Below are positions 46,777 to 57,127 of a DNA stretch of 64,000 bases, in pieces; position 1 is the stretch's first letter; each line of letters opens with the position of its first letter. The notes below the pieces were generated by a model. The model was given only the letters and a program-made list of their open reading frames with translations. It did not search any database and had not been told where the DNA came from. The stretch covers positions 224,001 through 288,000 of the forward strand of contig OZ220691.1 of assembly GCA_965116475.1 (NCBI GenBank), given 5' to 3'. Source of the stretch: Gemmatimonadota bacterium. Lineage in GTDB: Bacteria; Gemmatimonadota; Gemmatimonadetes; Palauibacterales; Palauibacteraceae. The translations under genes were made by a program, and so were the position numbers.

Positions 46777-48354
46777 TCAGCCCTCGCGCAGCGCGTCGAG
46801 GAATACGTCGCCGTACTGCTCGAGCTTGGCGGGTCCGATGCCGGGAACGCGCAGCATCTCCTCGGGCGAGCCCGGCCGCAGATCGATCAGGTCCCACAGC
46901 ACCTGATCGCTGAACACGATGTAGGCGGGGACGCCGCGCGCGTCCGCCAGTTCCTTCCGCAGGGTGCGGAGCCGCTGAAAGGTGGGGTCCGACGGCGAGC
47001 GGTCGACGTCGGCGGCCGCGGGGCGCCGCCGGGAGGCCGTGGCGCGCGCCTTCCGCTTGAGGACGGGAAGCACGTCCACGAGATCCGTCACGCCGAGCCC
47101 CGTGCACACGTCGCAGGATTCGCCGCACGCCTCGAAGTCCTCCCCGAAGTAGGCGAGCAGCCCGCGGTGGCGGCACGCGTCGCGGTCCGCGAGCCGGAAG
47201 AGGTCGACGGCCGCCCGGCGCTTCGCCTCGCGCACCGCCGGAGCGTCGATCTCGGCGAGGAACCGTTCGCGCACCTTCACGTCCGCCCACGAGTAGAAGA
47301 GCACGCAGTCGCTCGGCAGCCCGTCCCGCCCGGCGCGTCCGATCTCCTGGTACCACGACTCGATGTCCGACGGCATGTCCCGGTGGATGACGAAGCGCAC
47401 GTTGGATTTGTCGATCCCCATCCCGAAGGCGATCGTCGCCACCACCACCTCGACCTCGTCGCGCGCGAACGCGTCCTGGTGTTCGGCCCGCGCGCCGTCG
47501 TCGAGTCCCGCGTGGTACGGGACGGCGTCGACGCCCTCGCGCCGCAGGAACTCCGTCATCTGTTCCACGGATTTTCGCGACAGACAGTAGACGATCCCGC
47601 TCTCTCCCCGGTGCCGGCGGATGAGACCCAGAATCTCGGCCCGTGTATTTCCCTCCCCCTTCTTCCTGCACACGACGCGGAGGTTCGAGCGAAAGAAGGA
47701 GCCTTTGTACCCCTCGGGTTTCGTCATCCCCAACTGTCGAATGATGTCGGCGGCGACCCGGCGGGTGGCGGTCGCCGTGAGCGCGAGAATGGGCAGCCCG
47801 TTCCGTCCCGCGCCTTCGTCCCCTGCCGCGCCTCCGTCGCGAATCTCATCCCGCAGTCCGTGGAGCGCCCGGTAGGACGGACGAAAGTCGTGTCCCCATT
47901 GCGAGATACAGTGCGCCTCATCGACGACGATCAGGGAGAGCGGCGCGTAGCGCAGGCGCTGCCGCATGTGCGGCCCCAGCGCCTCCGGCGCCAGGTAGAC
48001 GAGTTCATAATCTCCCTGCTCGAACCCCCGCAGCCGGCGCCGGCGCTCGTCCGCCGCCAGCGAGGAGTTGATCGCGGTGGCCCGGAACCCGAGGTCGCGC
48101 AGGGCGTCGACCTGGTCCTTCATCAGGCTGATGAGCGGCGAGAGGACGAGCACCGTGCCCGGCATGAGGCGCGCCGGAATCTGGAAGGTGAGCGACTTCC
48201 CCGCCCCGGTGGGCATGACGCCGATGCAGTCCCGTCCCGCAAGGACCGCGTCGATGATATGCGCCTGTCCCGGCCGGAACTCGTCGTAGCCGAACACGTC
48301 GCGGAGGACGGATTCCGGGTGGGGGGCGCGCGGCTCGATCATCGTTCGCAACAT
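46777..48354 (-). CDS. recQ: RecQ family ATP-dependent DNA helicase with Zn-binding and HRDC domains
   Basis: MPTGAGKS, VDEAHCISQWGHDFRP, LTATA, ATIAFGMGIDK, QEIGRAGRDG, CR..LLAYFGE..CDVC, HRDC VPAYIVFSD..GIG. Confidence 0.93.
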   Translation of the reverse strand: MLRTMIEPRAPHPESVLRDVFGYDEFRPGQAHIIDAVLAGRDCIGVMPTGAGKSLTFQIPARLMPGTVLVLSPLISLMKDQVDALRDLGFRATAINSSLAADERRRRLRGFEQGDYELVYLAPEALGPHMRQRLRYAPLSLIVVDEAHCISQWGHDFRPSYRALHGLRDEIRDGGAAGDEGAGRNGLPILALTATATRRVAADIIRQLGMTKPEGYKGSFFRSNLRVVCRKKGEGNTRAEILGLIRRHRGESGIVYCLSRKSVEQMTEFLRREGVDAVPYHAGLDDGARAEHQDAFARDEVEVVVATIAFGMGIDKSNVRFVIHRDMPSDIESWYQEIGRAGRDGLPSDCVLFYSWADVKVRERFLAEIDAPAVREAKRRAAVDLFRLADRDACRHRGLLAYFGEDFEACGESCDVCTGLGVTDLVDVLPVLKRKARATASRRRPAAADVDRSPSDPTFQRLRTLRKELADARGVPAYIVFSDQVLWDLIDLRPGSPEEMLRVPGIGPAKLEQYGDVFLDALREG

Positions 48355-48484
48355 ACCACCGATGTCCGCCCCCGGCTCAACGGGCTCTCAACGGCGGAAA
48401 ACCCTTTTCGTGATGTCAGCGTCTGTACAGGTTGAGTGGTCAGGCCTGGCGAAGCCCAGGCTGTCCCTGCCCCGGAGGTGTGCG

Positions 48485-50731
48485 ATGTCGACGCGTTCCC
48501 GCCGATCCGGCCTGAGGGCCGGACTTTTTCTTCCGCTCGTCGTGTTTGCGGGCGCGCTGCTCGGAGCGTGTGGGGACGGTGCCGCTCCCCCCGACTACAC
48601 GGTCGACGAACTCGAGGCGGCGAAGCAGCAGCTTCGGGACCATGCGCGGCTGCGCACCTTCGAGGCCGGCAAGCTGTTCGGCGAAGCGTGGGTCGCCCGC
48701 GCTCCGAACGACGCGGAACTCCGAGGCCTCTACGCCTACCAGCTCGTGGGCTGGGGACTGTCGAAGGAGACCCACGAGCAAGCCGACGCGATTCTGGCGG
48801 ATGACCCCCAGAATCCGTGGGGTCTCTATACGCGGGCCTACGCCCACCTCGTTGACAATGAGGCCGGACCGGCGCACGAGCTGGCCCTGCAGGCGTGGGA
48901 GGCGTCACCGCAACCTGAATTCGCCTTCCTCCACCTGAACGCGTTGCGGAGGGACGACTTCGAGGCGGCGCGTGAGTTCCTTGAAGGGCTCGACGATGAG
49001 ACCCGCGGTTGGCCGGAGGTGCTCCGCATGCAGGCCGAACTGGAGTCCCAGGCCCGCTATGAACTGGACGACCCCACGTGGGCGGATTCCAGCCGGGCGA
49101 CGTGGGCCCTGTTCAGGGAGAAGTTCCCGGACCGTGTGCTCGGGTACACGAGGCTGGCCAACGAGGCGTATCAGGCCCGGAACATGGACGAGTGGACGCC
49201 GCTCATGGAGGCCGCGCTCGAGCTCGCGCCGGGGTCGGGGGAGGTGCGGAGCCAGCACTGGCGAGGTCTGTGGATGTCCGAACTCCTTCCCGCAGAGGAA
49301 CGGCGGGCGGCGGTGGAGGCGAGCATGGCGGCCTATCGGGAGGCGAGCCCCGAGACCGCGGAGGGCCTGCAGACCATGGCCACGATGTACCGGCAGATGG
49401 ATGACGAAGAGCGCGCGGCCGAACTGGACGCCCGGATCGTGGAGAGCGATCCGGCGAGCTATCACGCGATGCTCGCCTACCTCGCGGAGACGCGGAGGGC
49501 GAGTAGGCAGCTACAGGAGATGTGGCAGGCGCACGGCGAAGATTCGCCGGAATACCGCGCCGAACTCCCCGCCGTTCGCGATGCGGCCTACCGCTACCTG
49601 GAACGCCCGCTATACAGCGACCGCTTCACCGGCGGCGTGTACCTCGACCTCTACCAGGCTCTCGAGGGGATGGACCCCGTTCCCGCGGAGGAGTTGGCCG
49701 AGGCGATTCGTGGAACCGTGAAATACGAACGCCTCAATCCCCACATCACATTCGGCGAAGCTCCGCTCGCGATGATCGATCACACGCCCTACGCGCTCGA
49801 AGCGGCGGAGATCGTCCGCGAGGGCATGCCCGTCATGATGGAGCGCGTGATGGAGTCACGCGACTTCTACGACACGGAAGGCGAGTTCGACCAGGCGCTC
49901 CGCTTCTATCTGAGTGGCGTCTACGACGTGATCGGCTGGGCCTACTTCAAGGCGGGTCGCACCGACGACGGGCGCCACACGCTGGAGCGCGCGCTGGCAA
50001 TCAATGATCGCAGCCGGGATGCCAGGTATCACGCGGGTCAGGTGTACGAGCAGTTGGCCGCCGAGGCGAAAGTGGCCGGAGAAGCCGAGTCCGCAACCGA
50101 GTGGCTGGACAAGGCCGAGGATTCCTACATCGCCGGCTTCGGCGCCTCCCGGGGCGAGAACCCGAACGAGGCGGCGCTCGAAGCGCTCTATGAGAGCCGC
50201 AACGGGAGCCGCGAGGGGATCGAGGAGTATCTCGCGACGCTCGACGAGCGCGACCGGATCCGGCGGCGCGAGCGTATCCTCGAATCACGGGTAGAGGCGG
50301 CGGGGACGTACGAACCGTTCACGCTCGCGCGGTTGGATGGCGAGATGGTCGATTCCGCCGACCTCGAGGGGAAGATCGCCGTGCTGCACTTCTGGGGGAC
50401 GTGGTGCGGCCCGTGCATCGTCGAGATGCCGGAATACCAGAAGTTCGACGAACGCTACCGCGACGACGCCGAGGTCGCCGTGCTCTCGATCAGCAACGAC
50501 CGCACGAACGACGTGATCGAGGACTACCTCGCGAAGAACAACTTCGACTTCACCGTGCTCGTGGACGACGACTACGTGACGCGCGCCGGCGTGAACGCCT
50601 GGCCCACCACCTGGTTCGTCGACCGTGAGGGCTACATCCAGTTCGTGAAGATCGGCACCGCCCTGAAGCTCGACGAAGAGTTCTCCTGGCGCGTCGAGGC
50701 GCTCCGCGAAGAGACGACCAGCAGCCCTTGA
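48485..50731 (+). CDS. TPR-repeat lipoprotein with C-terminal TlpA-like disulfide reductase domain (paralog 1)
   Basis: Lipobox LGAC; helical repeats (DVIGWAYFKAG..YHAGQVYE); HFWGTWCGPCIVEMP; GGAGGT RBS. Confidence 0.85.
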   Translation: MSTRSRRSGLRAGLFLPLVVFAGALLGACGDGAAPPDYTVDELEAAKQQLRDHARLRTFEAGKLFGEAWVARAPNDAELRGLYAYQLVGWGLSKETHEQADAILADDPQNPWGLYTRAYAHLVDNEAGPAHELALQAWEASPQPEFAFLHLNALRRDDFEAAREFLEGLDDETRGWPEVLRMQAELESQARYELDDPTWADSSRATWALFREKFPDRVLGYTRLANEAYQARNMDEWTPLMEAALELAPGSGEVRSQHWRGLWMSELLPAEERRAAVEASMAAYREASPETAEGLQTMATMYRQMDDEERAAELDARIVESDPASYHAMLAYLAETRRASRQLQEMWQAHGEDSPEYRAELPAVRDAAYRYLERPLYSDRFTGGVYLDLYQALEGMDPVPAEELAEAIRGTVKYERLNPHITFGEAPLAMIDHTPYALEAAEIVREGMPVMMERVMESRDFYDTEGEFDQALRFYLSGVYDVIGWAYFKAGRTDDGRHTLERALAINDRSRDARYHAGQVYEQLAAEAKVAGEAESATEWLDKAEDSYIAGFGASRGENPNEAALEALYESRNGSREGIEEYLATLDERDRIRRRERILESRVEAAGTYEPFTLARLDGEMVDSADLEGKIAVLHFWGTWCGPCIVEMPEYQKFDERYRDDAEVAVLSISNDRTNDVIEDYLAKNNFDFTVLVDDDYVTRAGVNAWPTTWFVDREGYIQFVKIGTALKLDEEFSWRVEALREETTSSP

Positions 50732-50778
50732 CCGGGACGCTCCGAACCGCGATTGCATGCGGATCCTGGAGGTACAGC

Positions 50779-53019
50779 ATGTCGCTCCGCTCCCTTCGGC
50801 CCGGCCTCCGGGTCGGACTTTTCCTCGTCTGCGCTGCCCTCGCGAGCTGCGGCACGCCACCCGAATACACACCCGACCACACGCCTGAGGAACTCGAAGC
50901 GGCGAAGGCCGAGCTTCGGGATCACATACGCCTGCGCACCTTCGAGGCGGGCCTTCCCTTCGGCGAGGAATGGGTCGCGCGAGCCCCCCGGGACGCCGAA
51001 CTCCGGGCCCTCTACGCGGAACAACTCGGGGGTTGGCGGCTGTTCAAGGAGATTCGGGAGCAGGCCGACGCGATCCTGAACGATGACCCGGAGAACCCCT
51101 GGGGCCGGTATACGCGAGCCCTGGAGTTCTTCGCCCAAGGCGACTGGGAGCTTGCGGCCGAGCCGAGTCTCCAGGCCTGGGAGGCGCTGCCGCGCCCGGA
51201 GTTCGCTGCCGCGTACCTGCAGGCGACGATGGGCCGCGGCGTTGAAGAAGTTCGTGCGTTCCTGGTTTCACTCGACTCCGCCACGCGCGTGGCACCGGAA
51301 GTCCTGCGCAGACAGGCGGAGCTGGAGTCGTGGGCCCAATACGAACTCGACGACCCCGCGTGGGCGGACTCGAGTCTCGCGACCTACGCAGAGCTGCGCG
51401 AACGCTGGCCGGACCACGTGGACGGCTATCTGGGCGCTGCGGAAGACCTGTTCCGCGCCAATCGGGCAGAGGAGGCGCTGCCGCTGATCGAACGGGCCGT
51501 CGCGCTCGCCCCCGGCTCATTGGACGTCCGGCAGTGGCATTGGTGGATCCTGTTCGAGTCGGGTGTGCTGCCGGCCGAAGGGCGGCGCCCGGCCGTCGAG
51601 GCCAGCATCGCGGCGTTCCAGGACGCGGGGCCCGAATCCATCCGCGGGCTCTCGGCGACCGCGAGCATGTACCGGGACATGGAAGACATGGAGCGTGCGG
51701 AAAAACTCGAAGCTCTGGTCGTCGAGCGCGCTCCCCTCAGCCGCCACGCATCGCTGATATACGCGCGCGAGTACAACGCCGCGCGTAGCGAGCTGAACCG
51801 GCTCTTCCAGGCTGAAGGCCGCGATTCCCCGGAATACATGGCGCAGCTCGAAGTGGTGCGCGCCGCCGTAAACCGCTTTCTCGAGCGACCGCTGTACTCG
51901 GACCGACCCAAGGCAAGCGCCTACATGAGCCTCTACTTCGCGCTCCGGGACATGGATCCGGTGCCGCCGGAAGAACTGGCCGAAGCCGTACGGGGACTCG
52001 TCGCGTACAACGACCTGAACCCACACATCACATTTGGATCCGCGCTCATCGACATGGTGGAATCCACCCCGTATGCGCTGGAGGCGGCCGAGATCGCACG
52101 GAATCACGGGCTCAAAAACGCCGTCGACCGCGCCCGAGAGTCGCGCAACTCCTTCGATACCGAGGGAGAGTGGGAACAGTTCCTTCGCTACTACCTGAGC
52201 ATCGTCCACGATGCGATGGGCTGGGCCTATTTCAAGGCAGGACGGGTGGAAGACGGGCTGCACGCGCTGGAGCGCTCTCTCGTGCTGACGGAGTCGAATC
52301 GGGAGACCCGATATCACCTCGGACAAGTGTACGAACACTTCGCCGACCGGGCGGACGGGAATGGAGACGCCGAAGCGGCCATCGAGTGGCTGGACCGGGC
52401 GGAGGACTCCTACATCGCCGGCCTCGGAAGCACTCGGGTGGGCGAGAACCCCAGTCAGTCCGCGATCGAAGCGCTGTACGAGCGTCGCAACGGCAGCCGC
52501 GAAGGGATCGACGAATACCTCGCCACCCTCACTGAGCGCGACCAGATCCGCCGCCGCGAGCGGATCCTTGAGTCGCGGGTGGAGGCGGCGGGGACGTACG
52601 AGCCGTTCCGGTTGGCGCGGCTCGACGGGTCCATGGTCGACTCCGCCGACCTCGATGGGAAGGTCGCCGTGGTGCACTTCTGGGGCACGTGGTGCGGCCC
52701 GTGCATCGTCGAGATGCCCGAGTACCAGAAGTTCGACCTCCGGTACCGGAACGACCCCGATGTCCGCGTGGTCTCGATCAGCAACGACACGTCACGTGAC
52801 CTCGTCGAAGAATACCTCCAGCGAAACGACTTCGACTTCCAGGTGCTGATGGATGACGGCTACGTTCAGCGGGCCGGGATCGGGGCCTGGCCGACAACGT
52901 GGTTCGTGGACCGAGATGGATACATCCAGTTCGTGAAAATCGGCAACACCTCGAAGCTGGACGAGGAATTCTCCTGGCGCGTCGAGGCGCTCCGCGGCGC
53001 TCGCCTCGACCTCCCCTGA
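50779..53019 (+). CDS. TPR-repeat lipoprotein with C-terminal TlpA-like disulfide reductase domain (paralog 2)
   Basis: Lipobox LASC; collinear with paralog 1; HFWGTWCGPCIVEMP; GGAGGT RBS. Confidence 0.85.
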   Translation: MSLRSLRPGLRVGLFLVCAALASCGTPPEYTPDHTPEELEAAKAELRDHIRLRTFEAGLPFGEEWVARAPRDAELRALYAEQLGGWRLFKEIREQADAILNDDPENPWGRYTRALEFFAQGDWELAAEPSLQAWEALPRPEFAAAYLQATMGRGVEEVRAFLVSLDSATRVAPEVLRRQAELESWAQYELDDPAWADSSLATYAELRERWPDHVDGYLGAAEDLFRANRAEEALPLIERAVALAPGSLDVRQWHWWILFESGVLPAEGRRPAVEASIAAFQDAGPESIRGLSATASMYRDMEDMERAEKLEALVVERAPLSRHASLIYAREYNAARSELNRLFQAEGRDSPEYMAQLEVVRAAVNRFLERPLYSDRPKASAYMSLYFALRDMDPVPPEELAEAVRGLVAYNDLNPHITFGSALIDMVESTPYALEAAEIARNHGLKNAVDRARESRNSFDTEGEWEQFLRYYLSIVHDAMGWAYFKAGRVEDGLHALERSLVLTESNRETRYHLGQVYEHFADRADGNGDAEAAIEWLDRAEDSYIAGLGSTRVGENPSQSAIEALYERRNGSREGIDEYLATLTERDQIRRRERILESRVEAAGTYEPFRLARLDGSMVDSADLDGKVAVVHFWGTWCGPCIVEMPEYQKFDLRYRNDPDVRVVSISNDTSRDLVEEYLQRNDFDFQVLMDDGYVQRAGIGAWPTTWFVDRDGYIQFVKIGNTSKLDEEFSWRVEALRGARLDLP

Positions 53020-53076
53020 CACACCGCGCTACCAAGTCACCCGGCGGTGTGACCCGGGGTCGCGGGCATTGTGCTG

Positions 53077-54717
53077 CTACCAGCGGAAGGCGGTTCGGGC
53101 GGCCTCCGCGGCGAGTAGCGTTCGCAGTTGTCGGGCCGTGTCGACGGGCAGGTAGGGGATGTCCACCTTGTGGGCGGCGGCCCCCGCGCCGGCCGTATCC
53201 ACCCGGAGGCTCGCCATCCCGCGCCAGCGGTCGAGCGGTGACGCGCGCAACGCCACGACCTGGACGCGGGTGTAGCGGGCGATCGTCGTGCGGCGCCACA
53301 GCCAGCCGCTGCGGAACCAGACCATGTCGTCCTTGAGCGCCCACCCGAGGCAGGCGACGTAGCGCCGCGCGTAGAACACGGCCCAGGCCAGAAAGGCGGC
53401 GTGGAAGGCCACGCCCCAGGCTCCGAGGGTGAAGTAGAGCGGCACCGATGCCAGCGTGGCGACGAAGCACGTCCCCCTCGCCACGCGCCGGAAGGCGAGC
53501 GGAGAGACGGGCTCCCAGCCGACCTCGGGGGCGTCCAGTTCGGGGATCACCTCCCGGAGGAACTCGCGCAGGCGTTCCCGCCGGAGGATGGGCGCGAGCC
53601 GGTGCCGGTGCGGATCCGCGTTCCCCGGTTGTCCGGCCTGGCCGCCTCCGGCGGTCTGGACCCCGACCGCAACGCGGCCCGCCCAGCGCTGCAGCGGCCC
53701 CTCGTGGATGGTCACGGTCTGAACGCGGCGCAGCGGGATGGTGGCGGCGACCTGCGTCAGCATGCCGAACGTGGCGCGCAGCCCCTCCTCGGACCGCACG
53801 ACGCGGTAGTCGTGCAGGCGCACGAGCGTCCAGGCGACGGAGAGCAGCCGGGCGAAGATGACGAAGGCGACGACCAGCGCCGCAATGGCGGCCACGGTCG
53901 CCGCGATGCCGGCCGCCACCACGTCCGCGGCCGCGCCCTCGACCGCGGGGCCGAGCCACGACTGCTCCCCGGCGACCCAGTCGGAGGCCCGCTCGAAGAG
54001 GCCCGTCTCCCACGCGAGGCCGAGGGCGGCCGCGATCAGCACCATGCCGCGGTTCTGGAGCAGGCCGTGGATCAGGAGTTCGCGCGCGGGGAGGTGCAGC
54101 AGCGTGCGCCCCTCCACCGCTGCAGCCGACGCGCGATCCACCGGCGCCACCGTCGGGGTCGCGACCCTCCCCTCCTCGACGACCGACCCGTCCTCGGCGA
54201 ACGCCCCCTCCGCCGCGGCCGCCCCCTCCGCTGCGGCCCCCTCCCCGGCCGCATCGCGCTTTCCCTCGCGGACCCGCTCCCGCAGCGCTTCGAGCGCCGG
54301 CAGCGGGAGAACGGTCAGCGTCGCCTCGGGTTCCTGCCCCCCGCCCGTCTGGAGCTTGACCTCCACGACGCCCAGCACGCGGTGGAAGACGCCCTGCACG
54401 GCGTCGAGGTTCTGGACCCGCGCGTAGGGGACGTGCCGCTCGCGGCGGAACAGGAGTCCGCTCCGGATCACGAGTTCCGCCTCCTCGTACCGGTACCGGA
54501 ACGTCAGATAGTGGACGACGGACGCCGCCACGAACGGGATGAGGCCGATGAGGAGGACGGAACGCATCTCCACGACGCCCAGGAAGTTGGCCGACGCGCC
54601 TCCGATGATCAGGGGGAGGATCGCGCGGCGGATCTGGCCGGCGAGCGAGAAGCCGATGGAGAGCGGGTGGAGTCGGTGCTCGACGGCCCGGGAGGGCGCC
54701 GCTGCCTCAGACGGCAT
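53077..54717 (-). CDS. YdbT-like membrane protein with bacterial PH (bPH_2) domains
   Basis: RLHPLS; three IRSG..VP..RVQ..L.TAG-like repeats between TM segments. Confidence 0.85.
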   Translation of the reverse strand: MPSEAAAPSRAVEHRLHPLSIGFSLAGQIRRAILPLIIGGASANFLGVVEMRSVLLIGLIPFVAASVVHYLTFRYRYEEAELVIRSGLLFRRERHVPYARVQNLDAVQGVFHRVLGVVEVKLQTGGGQEPEATLTVLPLPALEALRERVREGKRDAAGEGAAAEGAAAAEGAFAEDGSVVEEGRVATPTVAPVDRASAAAVEGRTLLHLPARELLIHGLLQNRGMVLIAAALGLAWETGLFERASDWVAGEQSWLGPAVEGAAADVVAAGIAATVAAIAALVVAFVIFARLLSVAWTLVRLHDYRVVRSEEGLRATFGMLTQVAATIPLRRVQTVTIHEGPLQRWAGRVAVGVQTAGGGQAGQPGNADPHRHRLAPILRRERLREFLREVIPELDAPEVGWEPVSPLAFRRVARGTCFVATLASVPLYFTLGAWGVAFHAAFLAWAVFYARRYVACLGWALKDDMVWFRSGWLWRRTTIARYTRVQVVALRASPLDRWRGMASLRVDTAGAGAAAHKVDIPYLPVDTARQLRTLLAAEAARTAFRW

Positions 54718-55288
54718 CGTCCCCCGCGGGCGGCAGGAGGTGATCGCGGATGCGGAGCGCGGTTTCGTGCTCGAGTCCGTCGAGGGAGACCTTGGCGTAG
54801 TCGGTGCCCGCGGTGTAGATGCCCAGCGTGCCGAGGCCGTAGCGGCGCTCGAGCGGCCCCTGCGACACGTCGGTGTGCTGCACGCGGGAACGCGCCACGC
54901 TGATCGCCTGCCGCCAGATGACGCCCTTGCGGATCTCGATCCCGTCCGGGTGCACGGCGTAGGACGCGTAGCGGTGGTGAAGGGCGGGCCACCGGTACAG
55001 CCACCAGCCCAGCCCGCCCGTGATGGCGGCCCAGACGCCGGCGATCGCCGCCACGACGCCCGGCGGCGGCCCGGCTGCGGCCCACGCCACCGCGACCCCC
55101 ACCGCGAGCGGGAGCGAGACGCAACCGGTGACGATGCCGCCGATCGTGCGCTGCAGCGGGATCACCTTCGGGTCGAGAGAACGGCGCACCCCGTCCGCGA
55201 TGCCGTCGGCTGCCGGGGCTGCCGGGCCCGCCGCCTCTGCCGCCTCTGCCGTCTCTGCCGTCTCGATGTTGTGCGTCGACTCGTTCAT
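54707..55288 (-). CDS. YdbS-like membrane protein with one bPH_2 domain
   Basis: Two TM helices then [35 protein letters not shown]. Confidence 0.87.
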   Translation of the reverse strand: MNESTHNIETAETAEAAEAAGPAAPAADGIADGVRRSLDPKVIPLQRTIGGIVTGCVSLPLAVGVAVAWAAAGPPPGVVAAIAGVWAAITGGLGWWLYRWPALHHRYASYAVHPDGIEIRKGVIWRQAISVARSRVQHTDVSQGPLERRYGLGTLGIYTAGTDYAKVSLDGLEHETALRIRDHLLPPAGDDAV

Positions 55289-55373
55289 GTGGACAAGTTA
55301 CGCTGATCGAAGGGTCTTCGTGTCGCAGACCCGGGCCGGCGGGGACCGGCCGGCGATCCGATGGGAGGAAGCC

Positions 55374-55724
55374 GTGAGCGCCGCGGAGTCACGCAGCGAC
55401 GAAGAACTGCTCGCCGAGTGTACGGTCGAAACGTTCCGGGCCGGCGGTCCGGGCGGCCAGCACCAGAACAAGACGGAGTCGGCCGTGCGGCTCACGCACC
55501 GTCCCACCGGCATCGTCGTGACCGCGCGCGAGTCCCGCAGCCAGCACCGCAACCGCGCCCGCGCCCTGGAACGGCTCCGCGCCGCCCTCCGCGAGCGGGA
55601 GCACACGCCGCGGCCCCGCCGCCCGACGAAGCCCACCCGCGCCTCCCGCGAGGAGCGGCTGCAACAGAAACGGCGCCGCTCCCTCACGAAGAGGCAGCGG
55701 CGCCGTCCCGGACCCGACGAGTAG
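55374..55724 (+). CDS. Short peptide chain release factor-like protein (ArfB-type peptidyl-tRNA hydrolase)
   Basis: [30 protein letters not shown], basic tail [21 protein letters not shown]. Confidence 0.88.
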   Translation: MSAAESRSDEELLAECTVETFRAGGPGGQHQNKTESAVRLTHRPTGIVVTARESRSQHRNRARALERLRAALREREHTPRPRRPTKPTRASREERLQQKRRRSLTKRQRRRPGPDE

Positions 55725-55762
55725 CCGGCGCGAGCCGAACGCCCGAGACCCGACTCCGCGCG

Positions 55763-57127
55763 TCAGGTCGTCGTCGTGGTGACCCGCCGCGCCGGGCGAT
55801 TGTTGTACTTCTCCCACAGGCTGCGGTGCTTGTTGTCCAGGTCGGACGGCACGCCCTTGATGAACACCCACTCGATCCGGGTCGTGATCTCGAGCGGGTC
55901 TCCGTCGGTCACGATCAGGTTCCCCACCTTCCCGACCTCCAGCGACCCCAGCCGGTCGTCCACGCCCAGCACGCGCGCCGGGCCCAGCGTCACGGCTTCC
56001 AGCGCGGCCTCCTTCGAGAGCCCCCACGACACGGAGTTCGCCGCCTCGTAGGGGAGCGTCCGCGCGTCGGACGAGTTGAAGGTCGCGAACGCGATCTCGA
56101 CCCCCGCGTCTCGCAGCACGCCGGGCAGCGTGTTCGGATCGTCGTACGCGGTGTCCTCGCCCTGCGGCAGCCGCTGCACCGGCCCCAGGATCACGGGGAT
56201 GTTCTTCTCGGCCAGCGTGCCCGCGATCTCTCGCGCGCCGTTTCCGCCCGCGATGACGAGGTCCAGGTTCCACTTCTCCGCGAACTCGATCGCCGACTCG
56301 ATCTCGCGCCACCCGTTCGCCCGCACGATGACCTTCATCCCGCGGTCGAGGACGCGCGACAGGTGCTCGAGCTGGATGTTGCGGGGCACGCGGCTCGACC
56401 CGGACGCCACCGCCTGCCGGTAGTGCTCCGCGGCGACGAACCACGAGTCCATCTCCGCCACGTCCTCGTCGAAGCGCTCCTGCGCCCGCCGGAAGGAACG
56501 GCCGCCCGCCGGGGGCCCGAAGCCGGCGAAGGCCCGGAAACCCGTCGACAGCGTGGGCCAGCCGAGGACCATGGCCGCGGTCTTCTCGATCTCCATCTCC
56601 TCCACCGTCCAGCCGTCGAGATGGATGAGCGTGGCCTGGCCCTGGATGCCGGAGCCTCCGCCGCCGAAGCCGCGGCCCCGGCCGCCGGGGGCGACCATCG
56701 AGTGCGTGATCCCGTTCGCTCGCGCGACGGGAATGTGCTCGCTGGCGGGGTGGATCGCCGTGTGTGCGTTGAGGTGCGGATTCCAGCGCCCCAGTTCGCC
56801 CGCGTCGTTCGTCACCGCAACGGCCCCGATCTCCGTGAGCCCGAGCGAGCTGAACGAATCGATCATGCCGGGAAAGACATGCTTCCCTTCCCCGTCGATG
56901 ATCTCGGCGTCCGCCGGGATGTCGACGTCGGATCCGACCGCGATGATGCGGCCGTCCCGGATGACGATCGTCCCGCCCTCGATCACGCCGTCGGCCACCG
57001 TGTGAATCGTGGCCCCCTGCACCGCGAACGTGCCGCCCTCCTGCGCCGCGGCCTGAGCCGGCAGGGCGAATCCGACCGTCCCGAGGACCGCCGCCGCCGC
57101 GAATATCGACTTCACCGTGCGTGTCAT
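55763..57127 (-). CDS. Exported amidohydrolase family protein, degenerate metal site
   Basis: Signal peptide; FPGMIDSFSSLG (no HxH); LGSLEVGKVGNLIVTDGDPL. Confidence 0.85.
   Translation of the reverse strand: MTRTVKSIFAAAAVLGTVGFALPAQAAAQEGGTFAVQGATIHTVADGVIEGGTIVIRDGRIIAVGSDVDIPADAEIIDGEGKHVFPGMIDSFSSLGLTEIGAVAVTNDAGELGRWNPHLNAHTAIHPASEHIPVARANGITHSMVAPGGRGRGFGGGGSGIQGQATLIHLDGWTVEEMEIEKTAAMVLGWPTLSTGFRAFAGFGPPAGGRSFRRAQERFDEDVAEMDSWFVAAEHYRQAVASGSSRVPRNIQLEHLSRVLDRGMKVIVRANGWREIESAIEFAEKWNLDLVIAGGNGAREIAGTLAEKNIPVILGPVQRLPQGEDTAYDDPNTLPGVLRDAGVEIAFATFNSSDARTLPYEAANSVSWGLSKEAALEAVTLGPARVLGVDDRLGSLEVGKVGNLIVTDGDPLEITTRIEWVFIKGVPSDLDNKHRSLWEKYNNRPARRVTTTTT

Noticed and set aside
34698-53019. 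Further Sec codons in OsmC and the TlpA domains
   Set aside because: Their redox motifs use ordinary Cys codons and their stops fall at expected C-termini
53020-53075. GC-rich hairpins between convergent genes (also 63185-63210) as intrinsic terminators or REP elements
   Set aside because: No U-tract and no second copy noticed in the window; not distinguishable from chance at this GC content
54200-55265. Short in-frame repeats in the ydbT-like (EGAAA) and ydbS-like (ETA/EAA) genes
   Set aside because: In-frame low-complexity linker expansions with no evident function
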